A stretch of DNA of 64,000 bases from Vitrella brassicaformis CCMP3155 (GCA_001179505.1 CDMY01001028.1:124001-188000), one strand, 5' to 3'; positions 1-19,373 are shown, numbered from the stretch's first letter. Translations and numbers: made by a program. Notes: generated by a model not told the origin, from the sequence alone.

Positions 1-3000
1 CACGGTATGTCAAACCCCCTGTGTGTACCCTGCGGCGAATGTGGCGAGTTTTGTGAGGCTTTGTCGGCCCGAGCCGCCAGTGCCGACCAGCAGCGCGTTG
101 CCCTGCGGCATGCGGATGATGCGGTGGATGCGGACCAGGTGGGAGAGGGCGTCCTCGAACAGCACGAGATTCATCGGCCTCTTCTCGGCATTGTAGTTCT
201 CCAGCAGCTCGTTGAATATCTTGCGCACCGTTCCGTAGTCACCCATGTCCTGATACAGCCGCACCTATATGTGTACATCGACAGGAAGAGACACACATAC
301 AATACAAGAGTATAAAAGGAGGACAAGATGATTGAGTGATTGGTCCATGCATGCACCTCTTGCCACGGGCTGTCTGATGACAGCAGGATGTTGAGGGCAT
401 CCTGGAAGTCACCCCAGATGAGCGGATCGGCCAGCGCCTCCTCCGCCTAAAGGCACGTACACGCAGTACACACACTCATGCCATCAGCACTGTCCGATTG
501 AGTGACTCACTTGACTGGGGAAGGTGTCTTTGATGATGTCTGGCAGGCGTCTTTTGCCGACAAAGTCCTTGTCGTCCTGCGTGATCAGGCGGTCCTCAAA
601 GACCCGCAGACACTCGTTGCGCCACAGCCGGATGAGCGTAGTGCCGGCGTTGACCACCTGCGGATCGGCCAGCCACACGCCCTGGTACACACGCGACAAG
701 TCGCGCAAATTGAAGACATAGTGGAACTTGGAGGGAGTCCTGGGCAGCGCCTCGATGATGCTGTCCTGCAGCTGGAGGGTGGCCTGCGGGAGTTTGGATG
801 CCACCTCCTGCACCGCTTCGCTGAATGACATGAACTTGTGGTTGAGGATGGTCTTGTAGATACGGTCGATGCTGCTCTGTGAGGGGAAGCTCATGTGGAT
901 GGCGGCGAACAGAGACACGACTCGGGGATCGACGCGGTTGCGGCCAGCGCCTGGTGGATTCATGGCCGCGAGCCACTCGATGTCCTTGAGAATGATCTTG
1001 TCCAGGTCACCACCTCTCTCGAACATGTGCTGCCGCTCAATCACAAACTTGAGCAGAGCCAGCGGCTGCTGTGTGCCGTATGTGTCAATCTGAAAACACA
1101 AAAACGAGCAGACTCCCTGTGACTGTCTATGTGTGTGCAAAAGACCGACCTTTGGCATCGACAAGTCGTCAACGAAGATCCGGAGTGTCTTCCCTGACGG
1201 CGGGCCAAATATACGGCCCGTCCGCTTGTCGACGTTGTCCTGTATGGTCTTCTGTAGGTCCATGGATGAGGTGCGGCTCGAGAGGTTGATGTTGAGCTGC
1301 AGTGCGGTCTCAGGGTCGAGGCCGTCCAGCCAGTTCATGACGGTGACCGACTTGGCTGTGCCAGACTCGCCGACGAAAAGAGTGGGCCGCTGCCTGGTCA
1401 TGAACTGCTCCAGCAGCCACGAGTACCGCACCGTGTCGACAGTGGGCACCAGGATCTTGGTGAATTGCACGTCGGGAGGTGGTTTGTACTCGGGCACCTT
1501 CTCCTCCCACGGCACCCATCGCCCCTGGTTGATGTCGTACATGGTCTCATACAGGCTCTGTTTCGGCAGCAGCCGATTGGCGACTTTCTTGAGGAACTCG
1601 TCGAATTTGGGCCGCTCGTTGTCGGCGAGACATGCGCCGACCGACCAGACGAGGCAGAAGATGAATATGTTCTCGACGTGCTCCATGGAGATGATGTTCT
1701 CGTTGGGCACCATGGCGTCGAAAAGGATGCACAGCTGCGTGACCATGTTTAGATCGGTGCGCGGCAGCGACTGCACAAGGGGGTTGCCGATATCGTCACC
1801 ATCGCGGCCCTCGAGGACGTGAGCGGTGCACAGGGGCAGGTACTTCTCGTAGAGCTCCTCCAGCACTTCGTAGAGTTTGTCATTATTCTTGTCCCGACAC
1901 CACTTGTCATAGTACGGGCCATAGCCGAGGTTCCGTGAGTCCACGTAGACCATGCCGCAACGGGAGATGGTGGCTGGCGACGCGTACTGGAGGTCGTACA
2001 CCTCGAACAGCATGGAGGCATGCCTTTGCAGGCGGATGCGCTCGCCGTTGGTGAGTGTGAGGAGTTTGTTGTCGTCCATCACGGTGTTCATATTTTCGAC
2101 CCAGACAGCGTCGACATCGCCGTCGTAGACAATGTAGCGTCGCTCCTTCTTGCCGGACGGGAGGGGCTGATTGATCTCGCGGAAGATCTTAGACAGAAGA
2201 CCGTCGGTCCAATCGCGAGTGGCCGGATCTGGATACATATACAAAGACAGGGGGGATGATCGATGGATGTGCTTTCTGTGTTGTGGCAGATGGCTCACCA
2301 AGCACGCCATAGAGTTCATTGACGGTTTGCGCCTTGGGGTTGATGATAAAGAGCTTGGTCGGCTCGTCGAAGGCGATCTTCTGCGCGGCGGCCAGTGTCT
2401 CGATGACGACTGTCTTCCCCCCGCCCGTGGGTCCGACGATCATGGTGGTGTGTCTGGTGAGCATGGTCTCGTACAGCTGCATGACCTTGTCCACCTGCAA
2501 GTCGAATAAATGCTCGTACTTGGACTTGAACCCCTTGCTGATCAGATCCTGAGGAACAAATACAGACATGGCAAAGACAAGCAGAGGGCAGCATGTGGCG
2601 TGTCTTGATTAAGTCTGATTTACCTCCTCGATGGCGGCCTTGAGTTTGGGGTACCCGACCCTTGGGCAGTCGAGGCCGGGGAAGAGGTCGTTGAGGAGGC
2701 CCTGGAACAGGGGCACGTCCTGCTTGACGAACTTGGGCATGTTCATGTCTCTTAGGGCCCGCATCAACACCAGTTCCTCCTGCAAATCGGGAGCGCCTCG
2801 CTTGAGGGAGCCAGCCATAACCAGCACGGATTTGAGGGCACGCAGCTTGAAGTCATAGTGGTACTGCTTCGACAGCTGCGCTTGGGCGAGCGCATACAGC
2901 ACCGTCATCTTCTTGGCCAAGATGCGCGCAACAGAGAAACCTGATCGGTAATGAATATATAGCAGGAACGTTGGCACGTGGAGGTGAAGGCTTACTGACC

Positions 3001-6000
3001 TTCCGACATGAGCATGATCTCGCAAATCATCATGAGATCGGGGACAATCATGGTCACGGGGCGGAAGAGGGCCTTGAGGTTGTCGGGCAGCTCAGACCTG
3101 CCGGCGTATCCGGGATTCATCGTGACGAATATGCCGACGGCGGGAATGAGGTTGAGGTCCTTGCCGAGCATCTCGATCGTCCTCTTCTTGTACTGCAGGC
3201 CCAGCTGGATGGTCTTGATCTGCGCCGACACAACCGACAACACTTCGGGGTTGATGCGATTGAACTCGTCGAAGCACCCCCAGAAGCCCGTCTGCACGAG
3301 GCCCGAGAATATCGTCCCCATGGCCCGGTAGTCGAGCCCCTCGCCGCAGTTCATGACCACGCAGCGGATGGCCAGCGACTTGCCGAGATCCTTCACCGTC
3401 TCGGTCTTGCCCGTCCCTGCCGGACCAGCCGGGGCGCCGCCGAGGTAGAAAGTGAGGGCCGTCGTGAGAGTCATGACGCAGCGGTCGGTGAGGGGCGTGA
3501 TCACCAGACGGCCATTCAGACCCTGGTACTCGTAACCGTACCTGCACCATATTACCCACATATGCATTGACGTGGATGTCTCTCCTGTGACTGACCTGAA
3601 CTGTCCCGTGCATTGGCGGATGACGATGTCGTCGAGCTTGCGGTCCCAGTAGAATCTCAGCTGGCTCTCCCACTCGAACTCTCGCGCGTCAAGGATGGAG
3701 TCGCGCACGAACCGGTCCACAATGTCTCGCGCGTGCACATCCAGGATGATAAGGGTGTTAATCTTTTTGCGCACGCGGCCATCCATGGGCTGGCGGACCA
3801 GCTCGACGAGATCGTTGACCTGCTTGGTTTCCCGAGCAGCCTCCTCCTTCATGGCGTGCTTGTTCCCCTCCGAGACTTTTCGGAATGTGTCCTCGACGCC
3901 CCACGTCCACCAGATCTGTGAGCCGCCCAGGGCCACCATGCCCAGCCGCTCCTGCACCCATTGCACGCTGAACATGAGTACACACACATGCACACACACA
4001 CATGCACATGAGTTGTCGGGTGCTTATGTGTAGTCAATCACCGGTCCATGGTGGCATAGTGGAACACGCCCTCCTTCATGATGCGGAGGAGGGTGCTCTT
4101 CATCTCGTCATCGACGCGATTCATCCACTCCTCGACGGCCCCCTCTGCCTTCTGCGGCTGGTGGAACGAGTACGACTCGCCCTCGTCCGACACCATCCCC
4201 ATGACCTGCTTGCCGCGTCCGAAGGTCAGCTCCTTGCAGTTGTCGTACAGCTTGAGCATGTGCTGCTGCACCGCCTGGGGGTCGGACGAGCCGAGGATCG
4301 ACAGCAGCTCGTCGTCGGATATGAAATAGAAGCTGAGACACACACGCGGGAGAGACAGGGGAGACACAGGGTTCGCCATGTTCTCGTGCTGGGTAGGCGA
4401 ACCGAGGGAAGGCATTTCGTTTGGTATCGAGGTAGTCGGATAGGGATTTTTGGCATCGATCCAGCTCGGTGGCAAGGCCCTTGAGCTCCTCCAGCCGTCC
4501 CTCAGAGCAGCAGGCTGTCAGCACATTGGGGTTTTGGAAGGTGTGCGTCATAAGGGCGCGGAAGAGCTTGTGGATCTTGTCGAATTTTTTGGCCTCCTCG
4601 GGGAGCTGCAGCCGGATGTCGTCCGAGTCGAGGAAGATGCTCTCGAGGTACATCCACTTGCGCTGGACCTGCATCCAATGGTCGAACACCTCCCCGATGG
4701 TCGACAGCGATTTCTCCCACTTCTTGATCCGCTCTATGAGAGGCGCGGCGAAGCGCGAGGCCGTCATGCTCTGCAGCTGCAGGATGTGGTCCTCGAGCAG
4801 CGTCTTGAGCTCCTCGTTGGCCTTAAGGACGTACCCGCGGTCTTCCGACTTGTACTTGGAAATCTCGAAGGTGAAGGAACGCCACGTGGACTCGATCTTG
4901 CCAATGTTCGTCTCGAGTTTGAGCTCCTCCTGTGCTTCCTGGACGATCTCCTGCACTTCGTCGGGGAAGCGGTGCAGCTGCATGTCGAAAACGGTGGCTA
5001 GGGTGAACTTCTTCATGTCGATGTCGGAGTCTAGTCCAGCCAACGCCAGCAGCCGCTTCCAGTGTTGCGGCCGGATGGCGTCGTGCTTGAGCTTCTCGAT
5101 GAGCGGCACAGAGTTCTTGAAGGATGTGATGACCTCCTCTAACTTGCGGAACGTCTGCAATGCGTGGCGGGAGACATGCGAAACAGATGTGTTCCTCTCT
5201 TTCGTACGATACTGACCACGAGTTGTCCAAGCTCTGGGTGGTCCTTTGGGAGTTTGCGTATTTTCTTGTCGAATCCCTCGACTGCCTTTGAGAGGGCCTG
5301 TATGTCCACCTTAGACCAGTTCTGGCTGCTCCAGTCGTTGACGGCCGTGCTGTGCTCCACGTAGATGTCATACACAATTTTGAGCAGACGAAGCTCCTTC
5401 TCCAAAGCGATCAGCTCGGGATAGCTGTAGACATCGACACGTTCCGTACAGTATAAGACATATATATGGATGAGGAGACACGAGACTCGTTCATGTGCTG
5501 ACCTGCTTATGGGGAGCATGAACAGCATCTCAGCCTTGACGAGGTTCTCCCTGCGGTTCTGGAATGTGTTGAGGTCGCTCTGATACTTGCGCAGCAGCTC
5601 CACGCCGTCGTCGAGAGACACGTCAGCCGCGCCCGGACCAGACTCCTTGAAGGTCTTGCACAGATGCCTGCACTCGAGGACGAATTCCTCCACCTGCTGC
5701 TGCGTCACGTTGGCAAACTCCCGCTTGGTGCGGATCATGCGGCGGTCCTTGGTGAGGGCGGCGTCCTTGAGATTCTTCCAGTCGCTGCGGAGGTTCTGTG
5801 CCGCCTCGATCTGCTCCTGATCGACCGTGCACTTGTATAACTGCAGAGTGTGGTAGCGCTCCTCCACATCGGCAATCCTGAATGGCCACAGACCAGTGAG
5901 CCAATGTGTGGATGCCAACGCTAACACACCTGATTTCCATGTCGAGAGACACGGCCTTGATCTTTGTGATCTCGTTCAGGAGGAACTTGAGCTGATCCAA

Positions 6001-9000
6001 GGAGCTGGGGGGAGCCTCGATGTTCTCCCTGCACACGTATGAATCCACACGTGAATGCATCAACAGCGAGACATGTCGATGGACCTGACTGCATGATGCT
6101 ACCTGAAAGTTCTGATTTCTGTGGTGATCTTCTGGAGGTCTTTGTTTGCCAGCTGGTTGAGAATGCGGCCGTAATCGGCGACCCACTCGAGTGCTTGGTG
6201 ACGGATACCGGCTATTACCGCACTCGAGTCGATCCGAATGAAGCCGATGTCTTTCTCAGACGGCAACGCGTTGAGGTCCTCAGCGAGCTGAGACAACACA
6301 CCACACGCATGTTGTGAATGATGTCATTCTCTCTGTCTGGTGCTCCAACTCACACCTTCTTGTAGACCCAGATGTAGATGTCGAAGTACACGACGTTGGG
6401 TTTCTTGTCCATGAGTTTCTCGAGGTCGTGTCTCCTCTTGGGATCCCACAGGCCCCACTGCGTCTCGTATTTCTTCCACGACTTGAGGTAGCGATTCATG
6501 TTCTGGAACACCTTTTGGATGGCGTGATGGTTGGCTATGGTCATGTCAATGAGCGCTGGGTTTTGGGATATGTCCTTATAGAACGTGAACTGGTTCTGGC
6601 TGTCCTCCTCTTGACCCGGCTGGGGAGGCACCAACCTACACGCAGCACAATGTAGCGTTTACATCCGCTTGTGTGTGTGGCTTCCTTCTCGCGTGCTCAC
6701 ATACTTGCAGGTGCCGTCCATCCATCTGACGAACTGCTGTGCGGACTGCAGGACGTTCTGCAGCAGCTTCGAGATGAGCTTGAAGATAGACTTGAGCTGC
6801 AGCACAACCTCGGGCGGGTTGAAGTCCGCCTTGATCTTCAACAGAGGCGGGCGCTTGGGGCCTGACGGACTCGTGCTGAACAGACTCTGGAAAGAGCTCA
6901 TCGCTGCGAGTATCACACAACAGGCAGAGACATGGGCAGCGGTGTGTGGGCGAATCAATGCGTACCCCTGATGAGCATGGTCGTGAGTGCGTTGAGTATC
7001 CTCCGCTCCCAGAATTGGTAGTACTCAGCCATCGAGGGCGCCATGCCCGTCTTGCTGCCCGCCGTCGTCTCCTCTATCTTGATCAGGAACGGAGTGATGC
7101 CGTCATACTTCTTCCGCAACTCGTCGATCAGCACCGCACGATGCTTCTCGAAGTACTCATAAAACTCCTAACAAGTAGAAAAGAGACAAGGTCGCTGATA
7201 GCATTGCATTTTCATTACACATGCCCACCTACCTGCACGTCCAGCAGTTCTTTTCTGTTCCAGTCGAAGTCCTTGACGAGCTTAGCGCCATCGATGGCCT
7301 TGACAACTGCCTCAATCAGATCAGCGTTCTTCTCCACCTGGTCGCGCGTCTCCTTGAAAGCCGAGATGCCCCTGCAAACACAGATGAGAGTGCGCGTATG
7401 TCACTCTTTGCCGTGTGGATGTTGGTGTCCCTCCTATTACACACTTGTTGCACTCGTCAATGAACTCCCCGATACCGAGAGAGTTCCAATTCAGCGGAGA
7501 CAAACCCGTCTGCAGGTGACTGCGAATGCACACATGTAGCCAGCTTTATCGCTCCTCCATTGATCTTCGCCGTTTCCTTACTTTTCGAGGTCTTTGAGTT
7601 GTTTGGAAAGGAGCTTCCTCTGGACGGGGCTGAGGTCGCCGACGACATCCCTGTAGCTGGACAGCATGATGGTGAGCTGCTCGCAGTAGCCCCGATACTT
7701 CTCCTGCTGCAATGCCATGTTGAGCACCGTGTGCGGTACATCAAAGCCACCCATCTGGTCGATGTAGCGGGCGTCGCGCGTCAACAGCCACAGATGAGGG
7801 CTGAAATTCACCTTGTACTTGCCTGCGTGGTTGCAGCGCCATGTGCATTTCTGCGTCTGTGAGTGTTCTCACCCTTGTCCTTTGTGAGTATGTTAGACTT
7901 GAGGCAGTTGACGACCGCATCGCTGGCCTGCTGCTCCCATGCTTCGAACTGCTGCTTCTCGTACTCCACTATCTGCTTACCCAGTGCAACATACTCTCGA
8001 CACACCGCCTGACACAGAGAGTAGTACACCCCAATGTCTCCACACAAGACGAAGAAGACTCCTGCTGGCTTGCCTGTCCTTCTGGCGTCTCGAGCAACTG
8101 CGGCATTGTCTTGAACGCCAGCATAGGCTCCTTGGCGCGCTGTAGTATCGACCTCGCCCATGCCAACGCTCCGGCAGTCGGCGGCTTGCCCTTGGTGATT
8201 GGCGGCTGCGAGCTATCGGCGTGAAACAACTGATCGATCTTACGCAACTCGTGACCTGGGCGAAATAAGTCGACATTCCCGTTTGTGCCTGTCTGAAAAT
8301 GACTGCCCACCGTATTGCGTGAGTATGTCGACGAATTTGTCGCTCATTTTGGCGTTGATCTTGGGTCTGCTTTCGATCTCCTTGAAGTTGCGCAGCAGCT
8401 GGAAGGCACCGACAGCCGACCGGAGGTTTCGAAAGCGGGTGTCGATGAAAGCTATCGCCTTGTTCTCAATAACCTCGACCTGAACACGCAGCCATGCGAT
8501 TAATGCATGTGGAATGCGTGTCCGTCTGTCGATTTCTTACCTTCTCCCTGAATTGTGCCATGAGTGTCTCCCAAGTGGATGCGAATCGCTCGTCAAACAT
8601 GTAGTCACGGACGGTCTCGAAAGAAGTCAGCAGGTCCCTGACGCGCCCCAGCAGCTCGTCGATGCCCTGCGCGTCTCGCGTCACGGCCTTGAGCTCGGGG
8701 CCGAGAAACTTGTAGAACTGGTCGAGGACGTGTGCGATTTCCCATAGATAGTCGCATATCTTGGACATGTACTCAGTGCGCTTGAATAGCCTCCTCCGGT
8801 CGAACTCCCACCTATGGTCGCTGCCCGAGTCCTCGATCTTCTTGCGAACGGCCATGTAGCTCTCCTCCCACTTGTCGAGGCATTGCTTGGCCTCAGTGAT
8901 CAGAGACATGGACTTCTGCGGGTCCTCGTCGAACAGAGTCTGCAGCTGCAGATCCTCTTCAACCTTATCTGCGATCTATGACAGACATGCACGACATGAC

Positions 9001-11503
9001 AGACATGCATTCAACTGTGTTCGTGGCCTTGTTGTCTTGCTTCTGCTTACCTGTTCGGCGATTCGCACCATAAGCGGCTCCATCTGATCGTCAGTGTTGT
9101 AGTGCCTCGAGATGATCCACACCATCCGCACACCGTGCAGCAGCGAGGGCAGTGTCTCCATCGCCTGAGTGAGGTTCCCCTGGCTCAAGTTCTTGAAATG
9201 ACGCTCCAGGGTCGACAAGAACTTGACATTATCCTTGGCCTCTACATGCAGCTTCTGCAGGTCCCCATAGCACTCTTGGAACCGCTGCAGCACCGGCGGA
9301 TCGCTCACCACCCGCAGGTACCTGGTCACCTTTTGGGCCGCCGGCAGGTTGAGCTGCTCGTAGAGCGTGCTGACTGCACTCGTCCGGTCCCGCCAGTAGT
9401 CTATCTCAGCTAGAGGGTATTTGTTGTCCCGCTGGCGTGCGTTTTCTGCTTTGAGGACGTTTGTGATGATGAGAAACCACTCTTCGACGGTGTTTTCAAG
9501 GCTGCTGACAAGCTTGTAGTCCCGAGTGGGCTGAGGCGCCTGCAGCTCGTCGTGGGGCAGCTCCGGCAGCCAAATGTGCACATTGCCGTACACCTGGCTG
9601 ATCGTGTGGCTCACTTGAGCCAGAAACTTCGACATCTTTGCAATACACACACAAGCGCACACAACCGACATGGATGATTGTTGGTTTCCTCTTCACTTCT
9701 CTTACCGATCCGCATATTTCGTCGTGAACGTGTCCTGGTAATTCGATAGCCCGCTGTGCCTTGGCGGACTTGGGTGCTCTTGTGAGGGTCATCCGCCTCT
9801 TAGTGGTCTTCTTCTTCAGCTTTGCACCTGCCGCCGCCATCGCTGCCTGCTCAGGTGGCTTTGAAGCTTCGGTGGCTGCCTCTGGTGGCGGATGCTCCTC
9901 CTCCTTCGCCGCCTCGGCTGTCTCCTCCTGACCCTCAGCCGCAACAGCCTCTTGTTCCTCACCCTCAGCAGCCTCCACCTACAGGCAGAGAGATGTGCAT
10001 CAATTATCGTGTGAGAGCAAGAGGAACTCTCAGTGATGACGTAAGTACCTCCTCCGCTCCTTCTGCCTCCTCGTGTGCGGCCTCCGGCGCTGTCGCAATT
10101 TCCTCTGCCTCCCCTTCTGGTTTCTCTTGTTCCGCCGCCTCTTCAGCCTCCTCACCCTCATCCGCCTCGTCCTCATCTTCTTCCTTCTCCTCGCCATCGT
10201 CGCCAGCAAGCTTCTCTCCCTCTTCCTCCTCTCCCTCGGTCGGCTGCTCGACAGGAGAGGTAGGCTCGGCCGCCCGCGTCACGCTGTCGCCCGATCCCTC
10301 CTTGACGGCGGTGGCCTTTTTCCTCTCGAGGGCTGGCATGTAGATCTCTTTCAGCAGCAACTTCAGGTCGACAAGGAAGTGGCCGTGGAGGCAGCCAAGA
10401 GCGATGCAATTCGACATCTCCTCGTGCGGAATCTGCAGTGAAAAGACACGCACGCGTGCACAAATTGTGGATCCGTATGTGCGACAGAGAGAGAGCTCAC
10501 CTTGCCAGCAGTGTCTATAGGTCCGTCGACACCTTTGATGAAGTAGCATGTGAGGACTGGGCTGGCTTGCGGCGGGAGGAGATCCACGGCCATGTAAAGA
10601 AGGTCCTTGGTCACCCATATCTTCTCCACCTTCTGAACCGTCTCGTACTTCTTACTCTTCCGTCTGCCTGGACCTACCGGAATGGTGAGCGAGTCGCGGT
10701 GCTCGCCTGCTGGTTCATCCACGGCTGTCTCCAGCCTCTCGTCAGCCGCCTCAGGCGCTGACTCCTCCCCTCCTTCCTGCACAACACACACACACACACA
10801 CACACGCACACACACAGACACACAGACACACAGACACACAGACACAGAGTGCGCGAAACACTTTGAATATGGAATGAAAGAGCGACCTGTGGGTTCACTG
10901 CTGAAGCATCGGCGTTTTCTGTGGGAGGTGCCGCGTCTGCAGCATCGGCGACGGGAGGAGGTATGTCTGCTGCCTCCCCGTTGTCTGTCTCAGCAGCGCT
11001 TGAGTCATCGGCCTCCTCGTCCGCAACCTCCACCTTGTGCTCCACTGACACACACACAATCAAACAGACAGACAGACAGACAAGTGAGCCGACCAAACAA
11101 ACAAACAAACAAACAAACAAACAATCACAGGCAGACAGACACAAAAAGCAGACGGACAAATGTGAATTGATTGTCATGCACCCGTACATGATACATCTAT
11201 GTATGTGTTCGCACCGATTATCTCTTGCTGCTCGGTGGTCTGCAGAGCGTAGAAGAACAGACTCTTGCCCTTGGCCGCCTCGTTGAGGAATTTCATCAGC
11301 TCTCCCTCCGCCCACCGGTCCTCCTGCAACCAACAAGCCGCAACAAGATATATGCATGCACTTCAATTTCCTGGAGCGTGAGACTGCTGCCGGATCTGTC
11401 CGATCCTCACCCGCGCCAAGAGGTCGTCCCATTTGTCCGCCTTGACAGAAAGGTAGTCGAGCACTTTGCCCTTCACCCAGTTGCGGCGCAAATCATACGC
11501 CAT
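1..11503 (-). CDS. DNAH10: Axonemal inner-arm dynein heavy chain, I1/f alpha type; multi-exon, 3' end lies beyond coordinate 1
   Basis: ATG at 11503 ([18 protein letters not shown]). DHC_N1 motif [15 protein letters not shown]; AAA1 [10 protein letters not shown] and CFDEFNRI; AAA2 [16 protein letters not shown]...[20 protein letters not shown]; AAA3 GESGTAKS; AAA4 [10 protein letters not shown] near the window edge. The AAA2 sequence and acidic N-terminal insert match DNAH10/DHC1-alpha as I recall them. Checked junctions are GT-AG and in phase. Confidence 0.92.
11047..11142. repeat. Compound intronic microsatellite (CA/CAGA/CAAA); representative of many in the window
   Basis: Read directly inside dynein intron 2. 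Confidence 0.9.
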
Positions 11504-11648
11504 CCCCTCTCCAACAGCAACACAGCACTCGCTATGTCGTCAGCGACCAACGTCGCTCAAAAACCTGCCAACTGTGTTTCTGACGCTTTGCTTCAGCAGA
11601 TCACGTTCCTCGCAACCTGATCAGAAGCCAAGGACCGCGTTTTTCCTT

Positions 11649-11658
11649 TGCGAGCTTG
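11649..11658 (+). promoter_or_regulatory. TGCGAGCTTG motif in the DNAH10/EF-hand divergent spacer
   Basis: Recurrent motif; see finding. Function is inferred. Confidence 0.55.
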
Positions 11659-11724
11659 TGGGGGTGGTGGGGGCTTTTTGCAGTCTCTCCCTTCAGTCAC
11701 GCAAACACAGCAGTTGCAGACGCC

Positions 11725-13480
11725 ATGCTGGTATCCAAACACGCGGTAGGTAAAACATGCACATTACCGTGCAATTGCCACTTCTGATGTGTGTCGTAAT
11801 GGCTGTTGTCCTCTCAGTGTGCCCGCCTTGAGCTCTCGAAGGATCCGTCCCGTCTGGAGCACTACACCAACCCACACCGCCGCCAGCAGCTGTTACAGAG
11901 GCTCAAGGGCGGCAAAGCACACCGCAACCCCGGCGGTGCACATGCCCACGCCGCTGTCAGGCCAGTTACGCACAGGGAAAAAGGGGCTCACAATCAGCCT
12001 GCAACCACATCGCATGGGCCGGAGGCTCTCAGGGGTGAGGGGGCGCAGCGCAGATCCAGGCTCGGCTAGATGGAGATGAACAGGCTTGTTCTGCTATGCG
12101 CTTTCAGTGGTTGCTCGTCAGAACTCTTCCATGGGGTCAGGCCCCGAGCATATCGTCAGTATTCAGGCAAACAACAACATACGACTTGCATACATGGACT
12201 TTATCTGCCTGCCTGCCTGCCTGCTTCCCTGCAGACGAGTGCTGGTGGTTCTATCTCTGACTCGTCGCGCAGCCGTGGTGCGGGCATCTTCATCGGCAGC
12301 ACCTTTATGCTGAGCTCGATGGCCAATCCGACCCCACGGCGGCAGAAATTCAAGGACCTCAAGGCAGCATTCCTTGACGAAGCCACAGAAATCCTACGCA
12401 GCGGTCAGTGGAATCATATGCATACATTTGCACGCACATTGTCTGCGTACATGTTCTTTGCGCTTGTGTGCAGGTAAGCTGCCTCACAAGGACATGCAGG
12501 CCATTGATGGTACGTGTGGGTGCACTATGGACGAGAGGAGACGGATGTATGTACATGTTTGAATTCTGTCCGTGTCTTGCCTGTTAGAGGTGTTTCGAGC
12601 CATGACGAGCAATTCGCTGCAGAAGTACCTCACACGGAAGGCCTTTGCCGTCACTCTCAAGGTACATACCTCCCTCCCATCCACCGACATCCGTCCGTCT
12701 TTCATGCCCTCATCACGTTCGTGTCAGGACGCTTTTGGGGGGAAGGCGACTGCATTAGTGAGCCGCCTCTTCACCCTTCTCGACCACGACAGTTAGTCGG
12801 CACACATAGCCACCCACAGAGGCGCACACACGGAGTCTGATGTGGGATGCGTGGATCTGCATTGCAGGCACCCATCACGTGACGAATGAGGAGTTTCTGA
12901 AGTTCTTCGCCCTCATGCTGCGTGGCAGTCTCGAGGCCAAGCTCTTCTACGCCTTCCACACGTACGACATGGACGGCGATGAGACATTAGGGGTGGCCGA
13001 TCTGTTCAAACACATCAAGATCGGCACGCACCTGCACCCTTTCTTCGGCGAAGACCTCAGCAGACTCGTACATGTACGCACCCGTCACGTCAAGGCATTT
13101 GCAGGAACGAAAAGACTCAGATTGAATGTCGATGCATGTATGTGTCTGTCAGTGTTTTGCGGCCAAAAATGTCGATACGTATGATGTGGAGGAGGCCGAG
13201 GGCATCACATACGACGAGTTCTGCAGGGTGGGTGCGTCGATGGGGCAGACATACACACGCACGCAGCCGCGTGACACTGTGTGTCTCTCTCTCTCTCTCT
13301 GAACAGTGTTCGTCGTGGTGTTCGTTCCCCGGTGTGTTTGAGAAGGTCATCAGTGACCACAGGGGCAAGAACGCATCCAGCGGGGCACACACCGCCATGC
13401 CACACAGTGTCTTTGGCCACTCCCCCAATGACACGGGCTCATCGGGACACGACCATGACGCTGCTTGGGGCCTTTCATGA
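11725..13480 (+). CDS. EF-hand Ca2+-binding protein of the NCS/calcineurin-B-like family, calaxin-like core (about 9 exons)
   Basis: Phase-consistent exons give LTRKAFAVTLKDAFGGKATALVSRLFTLLDHDSTHHVTNEEFLKFFALMLRGSLEAKLFYAFHTYDMDGDETLGVADL and later ITYDEFCR. The start at 11725 is less certain. Confidence 0.75.
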
Positions 13481-14022
13481 ATCTGCACTCAGAGGTGTTT
13501 CTGTGTATGGGCGGTGGTGGCTGGGGAGGTGGGAAAGGGCCTTCTCATTTGCTGTCTGTCGGTTGCTCTTTCTCTCTCTCTCTCTCTCTCTCTCTTGTTG
13601 ACTGCACGCTCGAGGACGTATCCACGTTCGGGTGTGCGTGTGTGTAATGTGAGATTGATACACATACGAATTGTTCCACCACGCGACACGGCTTGTCTAT
13701 CACACGATGGGCGACAACACGACACAACACAGACAACATGACACACCACAAGAATACATATGCGATAAGGCGTCCAGGCATTGATCAAATTAAAACGCAG
13801 CACGGGTCCGTCAGATCAATAAATCCACACGGGAAGGGACCCACGTGCATTGCATGTTGGTGACACACAACACACAGTGGGTGAATTCATCAAAGCAACC
13901 ACATGGCAGACACGCATGTGTGAGTGGACGTGGATGTACCAGCGTACGGAGGGATGGATATCCACACACAAAATATCAAGCCGCCATGGCAGGACAGGCA
14001 TCAAAAAGTCGTCATGATACCG

Positions 14023-18909
<4,887 letters not shown>

Positions 18910-19112
18910 GGCGCTCAAACGATGCGCTGATAGACGCTGAGAGATAGCAGATGAGTGCCGGGCGGCGCGGAGGCCTAGGGAGCGGACACGAAGCGTACGG
19001 GAAACGACGGACGAAGATCGAAGGGGCAGATCCTGTGAGATCTGATGCAGCAATGGGTGCGCAATGCCTCGGGAGGGGAGGGGAGGGAGAGGGAAAGGGA
19101 AAGAGGGCTTCG

Positions 19113-19148
19113 AGCAGCAGCGGTTTCAGGAGCAGCAGCGGTTTCAGG
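19113..19148. repeat. Perfect 18-bp tandem duplication (agcagcagcggtttcagg x2) upstream of AlaRS
   Basis: Units at 19113-19130 and 19131-19148. Confidence 0.95.
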
Positions 19149-19373
19149 CAGCCCTAACTTCTGGAGAGGGGAAGTACCTGGGTGAGACTTAAAGCACGAG
19201 TGTAGCACTGCAGATGCCGACAGATGATTCAGGAGATGAGATGATGCAAGGAGTCCAGGTCCGATGGGGGGAAAGGGGAGAGATAGCTGCGCTATCCATC
19301 CATCTGTTTGTCCATCTCCCGCAGCTATCCGCATGGCTCTAGGGTTGAGCGCGTATAACTGTTTTCCAACGTC

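Noticed and set aside
9780-11044. Long acidic E/A-rich inserts in the dynein N-terminus as a novel feature
   Set aside because: Similar acidic inserts occur in Chlamydomonas DHC1-alpha as I recall; they support the DNAH10 call rather than novelty.
12151-12234. Apparent GC donor (CAG|gcaaac) in the EF-hand gene
   Set aside because: A same-phase GTCAGT donor lies 12 nt upstream.
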